Assembly (NCBI GenBank): GCA_964016885.1
Contig: OZ024742.1
Location: 342,736,001-342,800,000 of the forward strand
Direction: 5' to 3'
Length of the DNA: 64,000 nt
From: Eledone cirrhosa
Taxonomy: Eukaryota
Of this stretch, positions 26,501 through 42,000 are shown piece by piece (position 1 is the stretch's first letter; each line of letters opens with the position of its first letter). The notes under the pieces are model-generated. The model was not told the origin of the DNA. It saw nothing but the letters and a program-made list of their open reading frames with translations, and did no database searches. The position numbers and the translations under genes are program-made.

Positions 26501-29500
26501 TGAAGTATGTGATCTCCTGTGGTATGAAGTATGTGATCTACAGTGGTATGAAGTATGTGATCTCCAGTGGTATGAAGTATGTGATCTACAGTGGAATGAA
26601 GTATGTGATCTACAGTGGTATGAAGTATGTAATCTCCAGTGGTATGAAGTATGTGATCTGCAGTGGTATGAAGTATGTGATCTCCAGTGGTATGAAGTAT
26701 GTCAGCTCCAGTGGTATGAAGTATGTGATCTCCTGTGGTATGAAGTATGTTAGCTCCAGTGGTATGAAGTGTGTGATCTCCAGTGGTATGAAGTATGTCA
26801 GCTCCTCTGGTATGAAGTATGTGATCTCCCGTGGTATGATGTATGTGATCTCCTGTGGTATGAAGTATGTGATCCCCAGTGGTATGAAGTATGTGTCTCC
26901 AGTGGTATGAAGTATGTGATCTACAGTGGTATGAAGTATGTGATATCCTGTGGTATGAAGTATGTGATCTACAGTGGTATGAAGTATGTGATCTCCAGTG
27001 GTATGAAGTATGTGATCTACAGTGGTATGAAGTATGTGATCTCCAGTGGTATGAAGTATGTGATAACCTGTGGTATGAAGTATGTGATATCCTGTGGTAT
27101 GAAGTATGTGATCTACAGTGGTATGAAGTATGTGATCTCCAGTGGTATGAAGTATGTGATAACCTGTGGTATGAAGTATGTGATATCCTGTGGTATGAAG
27201 TATGTGATCTACAGTGGTATGAAGTATGTGATCTCCAGTGGTATGAAGTATGTGATATCCTGTGGTATGAAGTATGTGATATCCAGTGGTATGAAGTATG
27301 TGATCTTCAGTGGTATGAAGTATGTGATCTACAGTGGTATGAAGTATGTAATCTCCAGTGGTATGAAGTATGTGATCTACAGTGGTATGAAGTATGTGAT
27401 CTACAGTGGTATGAAGTATGTGATCTCCAGTGGTATGAAGTATGTAATCTACAGTGGTATGAAGTATGTGATCTCCAGTGGTATGAAGTATGTGATCTCC
27501 TGTGGTATGAAATATGTCAGCTCCAGTGGTATGAAGTATGTGATCTCCAGTGGTATGAAGTATGTGATCTCCAGTGGTATGAAATATGTGATCTACAGTG
27601 GTATGAAGTATGTGATCTCCAGTGGTATGAAGTATGTGATCTCCAGTGGTATGAAGTATGTGATCTCCAGTGGTATGAAGTATGTGATCTCCAGTGGTAT
27701 GAAGTATGTGATATCCTGTGGTATGAAGTATGTGATCTCCAGTGGTATGAAGTATGTCAGCTCCAGTGGTATGAAGTATGTGATCTCCAGTGGTATGAAA
27801 TATGTGATCTACAGTGGTATGAAGTATGTTAGCTCCAGTGGTATGAAGTATGTGATCTACAGTGGTATGAAGTACGTCAGCTCCAGTGGTATGAAGTATG
27901 TGATCTCCACTGGTATGAAGTATGTGATCTACAGTGGTATGAAGTATGTGATCTCCAGTGGTATGAAGTATGTAATCTCCAGTGGTATGAAGTATGTGAT
28001 CTCCAGTGGTATGAAGTATGTGATCTACAGTGGTATGAAGTATGTGATCTCCAGTGGTATGAAGTATGTCAGCTCCAGTGGTATGAAGTATATGATCTCC
28101 TGTGGTATGAAGTATGTGATCTACAGTGGTATGAAGTATGTGATCTCCAGTGGTATGAAGTATATGATCTACAGTGGAATGAAGTATGTAATCTCCAGTG
28201 GTATGAAGTATGTGATCTACAGTGGTATGAAGTATGTGATCTCCAGTGGTATGAAGTATGTCAGCTCCAGTGGTATGAAGTATGTGATCTACTGTGGTAT
28301 GAAGTATGTGATCTACAGTGGTATGAAGTATGTGATCTCCAGTGGTATGAAGTATGTGATCTACAGTGGTATGAAGTATGTGATCTACAGTGGTATGAAA
28401 TATGTGATCTCCAGTGGTATGAAGTATGTTAGCTCCAGTGGTATGAAGTGTTTGATCTACAGTGGTATGAAGTATGTGATCTCCAGTGGTATGAAGTATG
28501 TGATCTACAGTGGTATGAAGTATGTGATTTACAGTGGTATGAAGTATGTGATCTACAGTGGTATGAAGTATGTGATCTCCTGTGGTATGAAGTATGTGAT
28601 CTACAGTGGTAGGAAGTATGTGATCTCCTGTGGTCTGAAGTATGTGATCTACAGTGGTATGAAGTATGTGATATCCTGTGGTATGAAGTATGTGATCTCC
28701 AGTGGTATGAAGTATGTCAGCTCCAGTGGTATGAAGTATGTGATCTCCTGTGGTATGAAGTATGTGATCTACAGTGGTATGAAGTATGTGATCTCCAGTG
28801 GTATGAAGTATGTGATCTACAGTGGTATGAAGTATGTGATATCCTGTGGTATGAAGTATGTGATCTCCAGTGGTATGAAGTATGTGATCTCCAGTGGTAT
28901 GAAGTATGTGATATCCTGTGGTATGAAGTATGTGATCTCCAGTGGTATGAAGTATGTGATCTACAGTGGTATGAAGTATGTGATATCCTGTGGTATGAAG
29001 TATGTGATCTAGAGTGGTATGAAGTATGTGATCTCCAGTGGTATGAAGTATGTGATCTCCAGTGGTATGAAGTATGTGATCTCCAGTGGTATGAAGTATG
29101 TCAGCTCCAGTGGTATGAAGTATGTGATCTCCAGTGGTATAAAGTATGTGATCTCCAGTGGTATGAGGTATGTCAGCTCCAGTGGTATGAAGTATGTGAA
29201 ATCCTGTGGTATGAAGTATGTGATCTACAGTGGTATGAAGTATGTGATCTCCAGTGGTATGAAGTATGTGATCTACAGTTGTATGAAGTATGTCAGCTCC
29301 AGTGGTATGAAGTATGTGATCTACAGTGGTATGAAGTATGTGATCTACAGTGGTATGAAGTATGTGATCTCCAGTGGTATGAAGTATGTAATCTACAGTG
29401 GTATGAAGTATGTGATCTCCAGTGGTATGAAGTATGTGATCTCCTGTGGTATGAAATATGTCAGCTCCAGTGGTATGAAGTATGTGATCTCCAGTGGTAT

Positions 29501-30080
29501 GAAGTATGTGATCTCCAGTGGTATGAAATATGTGATCTACAGTGGTATGAAGTATGTGATCTCCAGTGGTATGAAGTATGTGATCTCCAGTGGTATGAAG
29601 TATGTGATCTCCAGTGGTATGAAGTATGTGATCTCCAGTGGTATGAAGTATGTGATATCCTGTGGTATGAAGTATGTGATCTCCAGTGGTATGAAGTATG
29701 TCAGCTCCAGTGGTATGAAGTATGTGATCTCCAGTGGTATGAAATATGTGATCTACAGTGGTATGAAGTATGTTAGCTCCAGTGGTATGAAGTATGTGAT
29801 CTACAGTGGTATGAAGTACGTCAGCTCCAGTGGTATGAAGTATGTGATCTCCACTGGTATGAAGTATGTGATCTACAGTGGTATGAAGTATGTGATCTCC
29901 AGTGGTATGAAGTATGTGATCTACAGTGGTATGAAGTATGTAATCTCCAGTGGTATGAAGTATGTGATCTCCAGTGGTATGAAGTATGTGATCTACAGTG
30001 GTATGAAGTATGTGATCTCTAGGTGTATGAAGTATGTCAGCTCCAGTGGTATGAAGTATGTGATCTCCTGTGGTATGAAG
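15460..30080. repeat. Copy A of a 14.6-kb tandem duplication
   Basis: GAATTA at 15485 and 30101 (offset 14616). ORF pairs 15659/30275, 16706/31322, 17281/31897 share that offset. TATCTG is private to ~16810 and ~31426; CTCTAGGTGT is private to ~30020 and ~48176. Confidence 0.9.
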
Positions 30081-33000
30081 TATGTCAGCTCCAGTGGTAT
30101 GAATTATGTGATCTCCAGTGGTATGAAATATGTGATCTACAGTGGTATGAAGTATGTTAGCTCCAGTGGTATGAAGTATGTGATCTACAGTGGTATGAAG
30201 TATGTCAGCTCCAGTGGTATGAAGTATGTGATCTCCACTGGTATGAAGTATGTGATCTACAGTGGTATGAATATGTGATCTCCAGTGGTATGAAGTATGT
30301 GATCTACAGTGGTATGAAGTATGTAATCTCCAGTGGTATGAAGTATGTGATCTCCAGTGGTATGAAGTATGTGATCTACAGTGGTATGAAGTATGTGATC
30401 TCCAGTGGTATGAAGTATGTCAGCTCCAGTGGTATGAAGTATGTGATCTCCTGTGGTATGAAGTATGTGATCTACAGTGGTATGAAGTATGTGATCTCCA
30501 GTGGTATGAAGTATATGATCTACAGTGGAATGAAGTATGTAATCTCCAGTGGTATGAAGTATGTGATCTACAGTGGTATGAAGTATGTGATCTACTGTGG
30601 TATGAAGTATGTGATCTACAGTGGTATGAAGTATGTGATCTCCAGTGGTATGAAGTATGTGATCTACAGTGGTATGAAGTATGTGATCTACAGTGGTATG
30701 AAATATGTGATCTCCAGTGGTATGAAGTATGTTAGCTCCAGTGGTATGAAGTGTGTGATCTACAGTGGTATGAAGTATGTGATCTCCAGTGGTATGAAGT
30801 ATGTGATCTACAGTGGTATGAAGTATGTGATTTACAGTGGTATGAAGTATGTGATCTACAGTGGTATGAAGTATGTGATCTCCTGTGGTATGAAGTATGT
30901 GATCTACAGTGGTAGGAAGTATGTGATCTCCTGTGGTCTGAAGTATGTGATCTACAGTGGTATGAAGTATGTGATATCCTGTGGTATGAAGTATGTGATC
31001 TCCAGTGGTATGAAGTATGTCAGCTCCAGTGGTATGAAGTATGTGATCTCCTGTGGTATGAAGTATGTGATCTACAGTGGTATGAAGTATGTGATCTCCA
31101 GTGGTATGAAGTATGTGATCTACAGTGGTATGAAGTATGTGATATCCTGTGGTATGAAGTATGTGATCTCCAGTGGTATGAAGTATGTGATCTCCAGTGG
31201 TATGAAGTATGTGATATCCTGTGGTATGAAGTATGTGATCTCCAGTGGTATGAAGTATGTGATCTACAGTGGTATGAAGTATGTGATATCCTGTGGTATG
31301 AAGTATGTGATCTAGAGTGGTATGAAGTATGTGATCTCCAGTGGTATGAAGTATGTGATCTCCAGTGGTATGAAGTATGTGATCTCCAGTGGTATGAAGT
31401 ATGTCAGCTCCAGTGGTATGAAGTATCTGATCTCCAGTGGTATAAAGTATGTGATCTCCAGTGGTATGAGGTATGTCAGCTCCAGTGGTATGAAGTATGT
31501 TAAATCCTGTGGTATGAAGTATGTGATCTACAGTGGTATGAAGTATGTGATCTCCAGTGGTATGAAGTATGTGATCTACAGTGGTATGAAGTATGTCAGC
31601 TCCAGTGGTATGAAGTATGTGATCTCCAGTGGTATGAAGTATGTGATCTCCAGTGGTATGAAATATGTCAGCTCCAGTGGTATGAAGTATGTGATCTCCA
31701 GTGGTATGAAGTATGTGATCTCCGGTGGTATGAAGTATGTCAGCTCCAGTGGTATGAAGTATGTGATCTCCAGTGGTATGAAGTATGTCAGCTCCTCTGG
31801 TATGAAGTATGTGATCTCCAGTGGTATGAAGTATGTGATCTCCTGTGGTATGAAGTATGTGATCCCCAGTGGTATGAAGTATGTGTCTCCAGTGGTATGA
31901 AGTATGTGATCTACAGTGGTATGAAGTATGTGATCTCCAGTGGTATGAAGTATGTCAGCTCCAGTGGTATGAAGTATGTGATCTCCTGTGGTATGAAGTA
32001 TGTGATCTACAGTGGTATGAAGTATGTGATCTCCAGTGGTATGAAGTATGTGATCTACAGTGGAATGAAGTATGTAATCTCCAGTGGTATGAAGTATGTG
32101 ATCTACAGTGGTATGAAGTATGTGATCTCCAGTGGTATGAAGTATGTCAGCTCCAGTGGTATGAAGTATGTGATCTACTGTGGTATGAAGTATGTGATCT
32201 ACAGTGGTATGGAGTATGTGATCTCCAGTGGTATGAAGTATGTGATCTACAGTGGTATGAAGTATGTGATCTACAGTGGTATGAAATATGTGATCTCCAG
32301 TGGTATGAAGGATGTTAGCTCCAGTGGTATGAAGTGTGTGATCTACAGTGGTATGAAGTATGTGATCTCCAGTGGTATGAAGTATGTGATCTACAGTGGT
32401 ATGAAGTATGTGATTTACAGTGGTATGAAGTATGTGATCTACAGTGGTATGAAGTATGTGATCTCCTGTGGTATGAAGTATGTGATCTACAGTGGTATGA
32501 AGTATGTGATCTCCTGTGGTCTGAAGTATGTGATCTACCGTGGTATGAAGTATGTGATATCCTGTGGTATGAAGTATGTGATCTCCAGTGGTATGAAGTA
32601 TGTCAGCTCCAGTGGTATGAAGTATGTGATCTCCTGTGGTATGAAGTATGTGATCTACAGTGGTATGAAGTATGTGATCTCCAGTGGTATGAAGTATGTG
32701 ATCTACAGTGGTATGAAGTATGTGATATCCTGTGGTATGAAGTATGTGATCTCCAGTGGTATGAAGTATGTGATCTCCAGTGGTATGAAGTATGTGATCT
32801 CCAGTGGTATGAAGTATGTGATCTACAGTGGTATGAAGTATGTGATCTACAGTGGTATGAAGTATGTGATATCCTGTGGTATGAAGTATGTGATCTATAG
32901 TGGTATGAAGTATGTGATCTCCAGTGGTATAAAGTATGTGATCTACAGTGGTATGAAGTATGTGATCTACAGTGGTATGAAGTATGTCAGCTCCAGTGGT

Positions 33001-36000
33001 ATGAAGTATGTGATCTACAGTGGTATGAAGTATGTGATCTACAGTGGTATGAAGTATGTGATCTACAGTGGTCTGAAGTATGCCAGCTCCAGTGGTATGA
33101 AGTATATGATCTACAGTGGTATGAAGTATGTGATCTACAGTGGTATGAAGTATTTGATCTACAGTGGTATGAAGTATGTCAGCTCCAGTTGTATGACGTA
33201 TGTGATCTACAGTGGTATGAAGTATGTAATCTACAGTGGTATGAAGTATGTGATCTCCAGTGGTATGAAGTATGTGATCTCCTGTCGTATGAAATATGTC
33301 AGCTCCAGTGGTATGAAGTATGTGATCTCCAGTGGATGAAGTATGTGATCTCCAGTGGTATGAAATTTGTGATCTACAGTGGTATGAAGTATGTGATCTC
33401 CAGTGCTATGAAGTTTGTGATCTCCAGTGATATGAAATATGTGATCTCCAGTGGTATGAAGTATGTGATCTCCAGTGGTATGAAGTATGTCATATCCTGT
33501 GGTATGAAGTATGTGATCTACAGTGGTATGAAGTATGTGATCTCCAGTGGTATGAAGTATGTGATATCCAATGGTATGAAGTATGTGATCTACAGTGGTA
33601 TGAAGTATGTCAGCTCCAGTGGTATGAAGTATGTGATCTCCTGTGGTATGAAGTATGTGATCTACAGTGGTATGAAGTATGTGATCTCCAGTGGTATGAA
33701 GTATGTGATCTACAGTGGTATGAAGTATGTGATCTCCTGTGGTATGAAGTATGTGATCTCCAGTGGTATGAAGTATGTCAGCTCCAGTGGTATGAAGTAT
33801 GTGATCTCCAGTGGTATGAAGTATGTGATATCCAGTGGTATGAAGTATGTCAGCTCCAGTGGTATGAAGTATGTGATCTCCTGTGGTATGAAGTATGTGA
33901 TCTACAGTGGTATGAAGTATGTGATCTCCAGTGGTATGAAGTATGTGATCTACAGTGGTATGAAGTATGTAATCTCCAGTGGTATGAAGTATGTGATCTC
34001 CAGTGGTATGAAGTATGTGATCTACAGTGGTATGAAGTATGTGATCTCCAGTGGTATGAAGTATGTCAGCTCCAGTGGTATGAAGTATGTGATCTCCTGT
34101 GGTATGAAGTATGTGATCTACAGTGGTATGAAGTATGTGATCTCCAGTGGTATGAAGTATGTGATCTACAGTGGAATGAAGTATGTGATCTACAGTGGTA
34201 TGAAGTATGTAATCTCCAGTGGTATGAAGTATGTGATCTGCAGTGGTATGAAGTATGTGATCTCCAGTGGTATGAAGTATGTCAGCTCCAGTGGTATGAA
34301 GTATGTGATCTCCTGTGGTATGAAGTATGTTAGCTCCAGTGGTATGAAGTGTGTGATCTCCAGTGGTATGAAGTATGTCAGCTCCTCTGGTATGAAGTAT
34401 GTGATCTCCAGTGGTATGATGTATGTGATCTCCTGTGGTATGAAGTATGTGATCCCCAGTGGTATGAAGTATGTGTCTCCAGTGGTATGAAGTATGTGAT
34501 CTACAGTGGTATGAAGTATGTGATATCCTGTGGTATGAAGTATGTGATCTACAGTGGTATGAAGTATGTGATCTCCAGTGGTATGAAGTATGTGATCTAC
34601 AGTGGTATGAAGTATGTGATCTCCAGTGGTATGAAGTATGTGATAACCTGTGGTATGAAGTATGTGATATCCTGTGGTATGAAGTATGTGATCTACAGTG
34701 GTATGAAGTATGTGATCTCCAGTGGTATGAAGTATGTGATAACCTGTGGTATGAAGTATGTGATATCCTGTGGTATGAAGTATGTGATCTACAGTGGTAT
34801 GAAGTATGTGATCTCCAGTGGTATGAAGTATGTGATATCCTGTGGTATGAAGTATGTGATATCCAGTGGTGTGAAGTATGTGATCTTCAGTGGTATGAAG
34901 TATGTGATCTACAGTGGTATGAAGTATGTAATCTCCAGTGGTATGAAGTATGTGATCTACAGTGGTATGAAGTATGTGATCTACAGTGGTATGAAGTATG
35001 TGATCTACAGTGGTATGAAGTATGTGATCTCCAGTGGTATGAAGTATGTAATCTACAGTGGTATGAAGTATGTGATCTCCAGTGGTATGAAGTATGTGAT
35101 CTCCTGTGGTATGAAATATGTCAGCTCCAGTGGTATGAAGTATGTGATCTCCAGTGGTATGAAGTATGTGATCTCCAGTGGTATGAAATATGTGATCTAC
35201 AGTGGTATGAAGTATGTGATCTCCAGTGGTATGAAGTATGTGATCTCCAGTGGTATGAAGTATGTGATCTCCAGTGGTATGAAGTATGTGATCTCCAGTG
35301 GTATGAAGTATGTGATATCCTGTGTTATGAAGTATGTGATCTCCAGTGGTATGAAGTATGTCAGCTCCAGTGGTATGAATTATGTGATCTCCAGTGGTAT
35401 GAAATATGTGATCTACAGTGGTATGAAGTATGTTAGCTCCAGTGGTATGAAGTATGTGATCTACAGTGGTATGAAGTATGTCAGCTCCAGTGGTATGAAG
35501 TATGTGATCTCCACTGGTATGAAGTATGTGATCTACAGTGGTATGAATATGTGATCTCCAGTGGTATGAAGTATGTGATCTACAGTGGTATGAAGTATGT
35601 AATCTCCAGTGGTATGAAGTATGTGATCTCCAGTGGTATGAAGTATGTGATCTACAGTGGTATGAAGTATGTGATCTCCAGTGGTATGAAGTATGTCAGC
35701 TCCAGTGGTATGAAGTATGTGATCTCCTGTGGTATGAAGTATGTGATCTACAGTGGTATGAAGTATGTGATCTCCAGTGGTATGAAGTATATGATCTACA
35801 GTGGAATGAAGTATGTAAACTCCAGTGGTATGAAGTATGTGATCTACAGTGGTATGAAGTATGTGATCTCCAGTGGTATGAAGTATGTCAGCTCCAGTGG
35901 TATGAAGTATGTGATCTACTGTGGTATGAAGTATGTGATCTACAGTGGTATGAAGTATGTGATCTCCAGTGGTATGAAGTATGTGATCTACAGTGGTATG

Positions 36001-39000
36001 AAGTATGTGATCTACAGTGGTATGAAATATGTGATCTCCAGTGGTATGAAGTATGTTAGCTCCAGTGGTATGAAGTGTGTGATCTACAGTGGTATGAAGT
36101 ATGTGATCTCCAGTGGTATGAAGTATGTGATCTACAGTGGTATGAAGTATGTGATTTACAGTGGTATGAAGTATGTGATCTACAGTGGTATGAAGTATGT
36201 GATCTCCTGTGGTATGAAGTATGTGATCTACAGTGGTAGGAAGTATGTGATCTCCTGTGGTCTGAAGTATGTGATCTACAGTGGTATGAAGTATGTGATA
36301 TCCTGTGGTATGAAGTATGTGATCTCCAGTGGTATGAAGTATGTCAGCTCCAGTGGTATGAAGTATGTGATCTCCTGTGGTATGAAGTATGTGATCTACA
36401 GTGGTATGAAGTATGTGATCTCCAGTGGTATGAAGTATGTGATCTACAGTGGTATGAAGTATGTGATATCCTGTGGTATGAAGTATGTGATCTCCAGTGG
36501 TATGAAGTATGTGATCTCCAGTGGTATGAAGTATGTGATATCCTGTGGTATGAAGTATGTGATCTCCAGTGGTATGAAGTATGTGATCTACAGTGGTATG
36601 AAGTATGTGATATCCTGTGGTATGAAGTATGTGATCTAGAGTGGTATGAAGTATGTGATCTCCAGTGGTATGAAGTATGTGATCTCCAGTGGTATGAAGT
36701 ATGTGATCTCCAGTGGTATGAAGTATGTCAGCTCCAGTGGTATGAAGTATGTGATCTCCAGTGGTATAAAGTATGTGATCTCCAGTGGTATGAGGTATGT
36801 CAGCTCCAGTGGTATGAAGTATGTTAAATCCTGTGGTATGAAGTATGTGATCTACAGTGGTATGAAGTATGTGATCTCCAGTGGTATGAAGTATGTGATC
36901 TACAGTGGTATGAAGTATGTCAGCTCCAGTGGTATGAAGTATGTGATCTCCAGTGGTATGAAGTATGTGATCTCCAGTGGTATGAAATATGTCAGCTCCA
37001 GTGGTATGAAGTATGTGATCTCCAGTGGTATGAAGTATGTGATCTCCGGTGGTATGAAGTATGTCAGCTCCAGTGGTATGAAGTATGTGATCTCCAGTGG
37101 TATGAAGTATGTCAGCTCCTCTGGTATGAAGTATGTGATCTCCAGTGGTATGAAGTATGTGATCTCCTGTGGTATGAAGTATGTGATCCCCAGTGGTATG
37201 AAGTATGTGTCTCCAGTGGTATGAAGTATGTGATCTACAGTGGTATGAAGTATGTGATCTCCAGTGGTATGAAGTATGTCAGCTCCAGTGGTATGAAATA
37301 TGTGATCTCCTGTGGTATGAAGTATGTGATCTACAGTGGTATGAAGTATGTGATCTCCAGTGGTATGAAGTATGTGATCTACAGTGGAATGAAGTATGTA
37401 ATCTCCAGTGGTATGAAGTATGTGATCTACAGTGGTATGAAGTATGTGATCTCCAGTGGTATGAAGTATGTCAGCTCCAGTGGTATGAAGTATGTGATCT
37501 ACTGTGGTATGAAGTATGTGATCTACAGTGGTATGGAGTATGTGATCTCCAGTGGTATGAAGTATGTGATCTACAGTGGTATGAAGTATGTGATCTACAG
37601 TGGTATGAAATATGTGATCTCCAGTGGTATGAAGGATGTTAGCTCCAGTGGTATGAAGTGTGTGATCTACAGTGGTATGAAGTATGTGATCTCCAGTGGT
37701 ATGAAGTATGTGATCTACAGTGGTATGAAGTATGTGATTTACAGTGGTATGAAGTATGTGATCTACAGTGGTATGAAGTATGTGATCTCCTGTGGTATGA
37801 AGTATGTGATCTACAGTGGTATGAAGTATGTGATCTCCTGTGGTCTGAAGTATGTGATCTACCGTGGTATGAAGTATGTGATATCCTGTGGTATGAAGTA
37901 TGTGATCTCCAGTGGTATGAAGTATGTCAGCTCCAGTGGTATGAAGTATGTGATCTCCTGTGGTATGAAGTATGTGATCTACAGTGGTATGAAGTATGTG
38001 ATCTCCAGTGGTATGAAGTATGTGATCTACAGTGGTATGAAGTATGTGATATCCTGTGGTATGAAGTATGTGATCTCCAGTGGTATGAAGTATGTGATCT
38101 CCAGTGGTATGAAGTATGTGATCTCCAGTGGTATGAAGTATGTGATCTACAGTGGTATGAAGTATGTGATCTACAGTGGTATGAAGTATGTGATATCCTG
38201 TGGTATGAAGTATGTGATCTATAGTGGTATGAAGTATGTGATCTCCAGTGGTATGAAGTATGTGATCTCCAGTGGTATGAAGTATGTGATCTCCAGTGGT
38301 ATGAAGTATGTCAGCTCCAGTGGTATGAAGTATGTGATCTCCAGTGGTATAAAATATGTGATCTCCAGTGGTATGAGGTATGTCAACTCCAGTGGTATGA
38401 AGTATGTGAAATCCTGTGGTATGAAGTATGTGATCTACAGTGGTATGAAGTATGTGATCTCCAGTGGTATGAAGTATGTGATCTACAGTGGTATGAAGTA
38501 TGTCAGCTCCAGTGGTATGAAGTATGTGATCTCCAGTGGTATGAAGTATGTGATCTCCAGTGGTATGAAGTATGTCAGCTCCAGTGGTATGAAGTATGTG
38601 ATCTCCAGTGGTATGAAGTATGTGATCTCCGGTGGTATGAAGTATGTCAGCTCCAGTGGTATGAAGTATGTGATCTCCAGTGGTATGAAGTATGTCAGCT
38701 CCTCTGGTATGAAGTATGTGATCTCCAGTGGTATGAAGTATGTGATCTCCTGTGGTATGAAGTATGTGATCCCCAGTGGTATGAAGTATGTGTCTCCAGT
38801 GGTATGAAGTATGTGATCTACAGTGGTATGAAGTATGTGATATCCTGTGGTATGAAGTATGTGATCTACAGTGGTATGAAGTATGTGATCTCCAGTGGTA
38901 TGAAGTATGTGATCTACAGTGGTATGAAGTATGTGATCTCCAGTGGTATGAAGTATGTGATAACCTGTGGTATGAAGTATGTGATATCCTGTGGTATGAA

Positions 39001-42000
39001 GTATGTGATCTACAGTGGTATGAAGTATGTGATCTCCAGTGGTATGAAGTATGTGATAACCTGTGGTATGAAGTATGTGATATCCTGTGGTATGAAGTAT
39101 GTGATCTACAGTGGTATGAAGTATGTGACCTCCAGTGGTATGAAGTATGTGATATCCTGTGGTATGAAGTATGTGATATCCAGTGGTATGAAGTATGTGA
39201 TCTTCAGTGGTATGAAGTATGTGATCTTCAGTGGTATGAAGTATGTGATCTACAGTGGTATGAAGTATGTAATCTCCAGTGGTATGAAGTATGTGATCTA
39301 CAGTGGTATGAAGTATGTGATCTACAGTGGTATTAAGTATGTGATCTACAGTGGTATGAAGTATGTGATCTCCAGTGGTATGAAGTATGTAATCTACAGT
39401 GGCATGAAGTATGTGATCTCCAGTGGTATGAAGTATGTGATCTCCTGTGGTATGAAATATGTCAGCTCCAGTGGTATGAAGTATGTGATCTCCAGTGTTA
39501 TGAAGTATGTGATCTCCAGTGGTATGAAATATGTGATCTACAGTGGTATGAAGTATGTGATCTCCAGTGGTATGAAGTATGTTATCTCCAGTGGTATGAA
39601 GTATGTGATCTCCAGTGGTATGAAGTATGTGATCTCCAGTGGTATGAAGTATGTGATATCCTGTGGTATGAAGTATGTGATCTACAGTGGTAGGAAGTAT
39701 GTGATCTCCTGTGGTCTGAAGTATGTGATCTACAGTGGTATGAAGTATGTGATATCCTGTGGTATGAAGTATGTGATCTCCAGTGGTATGAAGTATGTCA
39801 GCTCCAGTGGTATGAAGTATGTGATCTCCTGTGGTATGAAGTATGTGATCTACAGTGGTATGAAGTATGTGATCTCCAGTGGTATGAAGTATGTGATCTA
39901 CAGTGGTATGAAGTATGTGATATCCTGTGGTATGAAGTATGTGATCTCCAGTGGTATGAAGTATGTGATCTCCAGTGGTATGAAGTATGTGATATCCTGT
40001 GGTATGAAGTATGTGATCTCCAGTGGTATGAAGTATGTGATCTACAGTGGTATGAAGTATGTGATATCCTGTGGTATGAAGTATGTGATCTAGAGTGGTA
40101 TGAAGTATGTGATCTCCAGTGGTATGAAGTATGTGATCTCCAGTGGTATGAAGTATGTGATCTCCAGTGGTATGAAGTATGTCAGCTCCAGTGGTATGAA
40201 GTATGTGATCTCCAGTGGTATAAAGTATGTGATCTCCAGTGGTATGAGGTATGTCAGCTCCAGTGGTATGAAGTATGTTAAATCCTGTGGTATGAAGTAT
40301 GTGATCTACAGTGGTATGAAGTATGTGATCTCCAGTGGTATGAAGTATGTGATCTACAGTGGTATGAAGTATGTCAGCTCCAGTGGTATGAAGTATGTGA
40401 TCTCCAGTGGTATGAAGTATGTGATCTCCAGTGGTATGAAATATGTCAGCTCCAGTGGTATGAAGTATGTGATCTCCAGTGGTATGAAGTATGTGATCTC
40501 CGGTGGTATGAAGTATGTCAGCTCCAGTGGTATGAAGTATGTGATCTCCAGTGGTATGAAGTATGTCAGCTCCTCTGGTATGAAGTATGTGATCTCCAGT
40601 GGTATGAAGTATGTGATCTCCTGTGGTATGAAGTATGTGATCCCCAGTGGTATGAAGTATGTGTCTCCAGTGGTATGAAGTATGTGATCTACAGTGGTAT
40701 GAAGTATGTGATCTCCAGTGGTATGAAGTATGTCAGCTCCAGTGGTATGAAATATGTGATCTCCTGTGGTATGAAGTATGTGATCTACAGTGGTATGAAG
40801 TATGTGATCTCCAGTGGTATGAAGTATGTGATCTACAGTGGAATGAAGTATGTAATCTCCAGTGGTATGAAGTATGTGATCTACAGTGGTATGAAGTATG
40901 TGATCTCCAGTGGTATGAAGTATGTCAGCTCCAGTGGTATGAAGTATGTGATCTACTGTGGTATGAAGTATGTGATCTACAGTGGTATGGAGTATGTGAT
41001 CTCCAGTGGTATGAAGTATGTGATCTACAGTGGTATGAAGTATGTGATCTACAGTGGTATGAAATATGTGATCTCCAGTGGTATGAAGGATGTTAGCTCC
41101 AGTGGTATGAAGTGTGTGATCTACAGTGGTATGAAGTATGTGATCTCCAGTGGTATGAAGTATGTGATCTACAGTGGTATGAAGTATGTGATTTACAGTG
41201 GTATGAAGTATGTGATCTACAGTGGTATGAAGTATGTGATCTCCTGTGGTATGAAGTATGTGATCTACAGTGGTATGAAGTATGTGATCTCCTGTGGTCT
41301 GAAGTATGTGATCTACCGTGGTATGAAGTATGTGATATCCTGTGGTATGAAGTATGTGATCTCCAGTGGTATGAAGTATGTCAGCTCCAGTGGTATGAAG
41401 TATGTGATCTCCTGTGGTATGAAGTATGTGATCTACAGTGGTATGAAGTATGTGATCTCCAGTGGTATGAAGTATGTGATCTACAGTGGTATGAAGTATG
41501 TGATATCCTGTGGTATGAAGTATGTGATCTCCAGTGGTATGAAGTATGTGATCTCCAGTGGTATGAAGTATGTGATCTCCAGTGGTATGAAGTATGTGAT
41601 CTACAGTGGTATGAAGTATGTGATCTACAGTGGTATGAAGTATGTGATATCCTGTGGTATGAAGTATGTGATCTATAGTGGTATGAAGTATGTGATCTCC
41701 AGTGGTATGAAGTATGTGATCTCCAGTGGTATGAAGTATGTGATCTCCAGTGGTATGAAGTATGTCAGCTCCAGTGGTATGAAGTATGTGATCTCCAGTG
41801 GTATAAAATATGTGATCTCCAGTGGTATGAGGTATGTCAACTCCAGTGGTATGAAGTATGTGAAATCCTGTGGTATGAAGTATGTGATCTACAGTGGTAT
41901 GAAGTATGTGATCTCCAGTGGTATGAAGTATGTGATCTACAGTGGTATGAAGTATGTCAGCTCCAGTGGTATGAAGTATGTGATCTCCAGTGGTATGAAG

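Noticed and set aside
15460-30080. Copy A length is an exact multiple of 24 (14616 = 609x24) because nine 1-bp deletions are offset by the 9-bp insertion
   Set aside because: Probably coincidence. Copy B and other units do not preserve phase, so there is no sign of selection for phase restoration.
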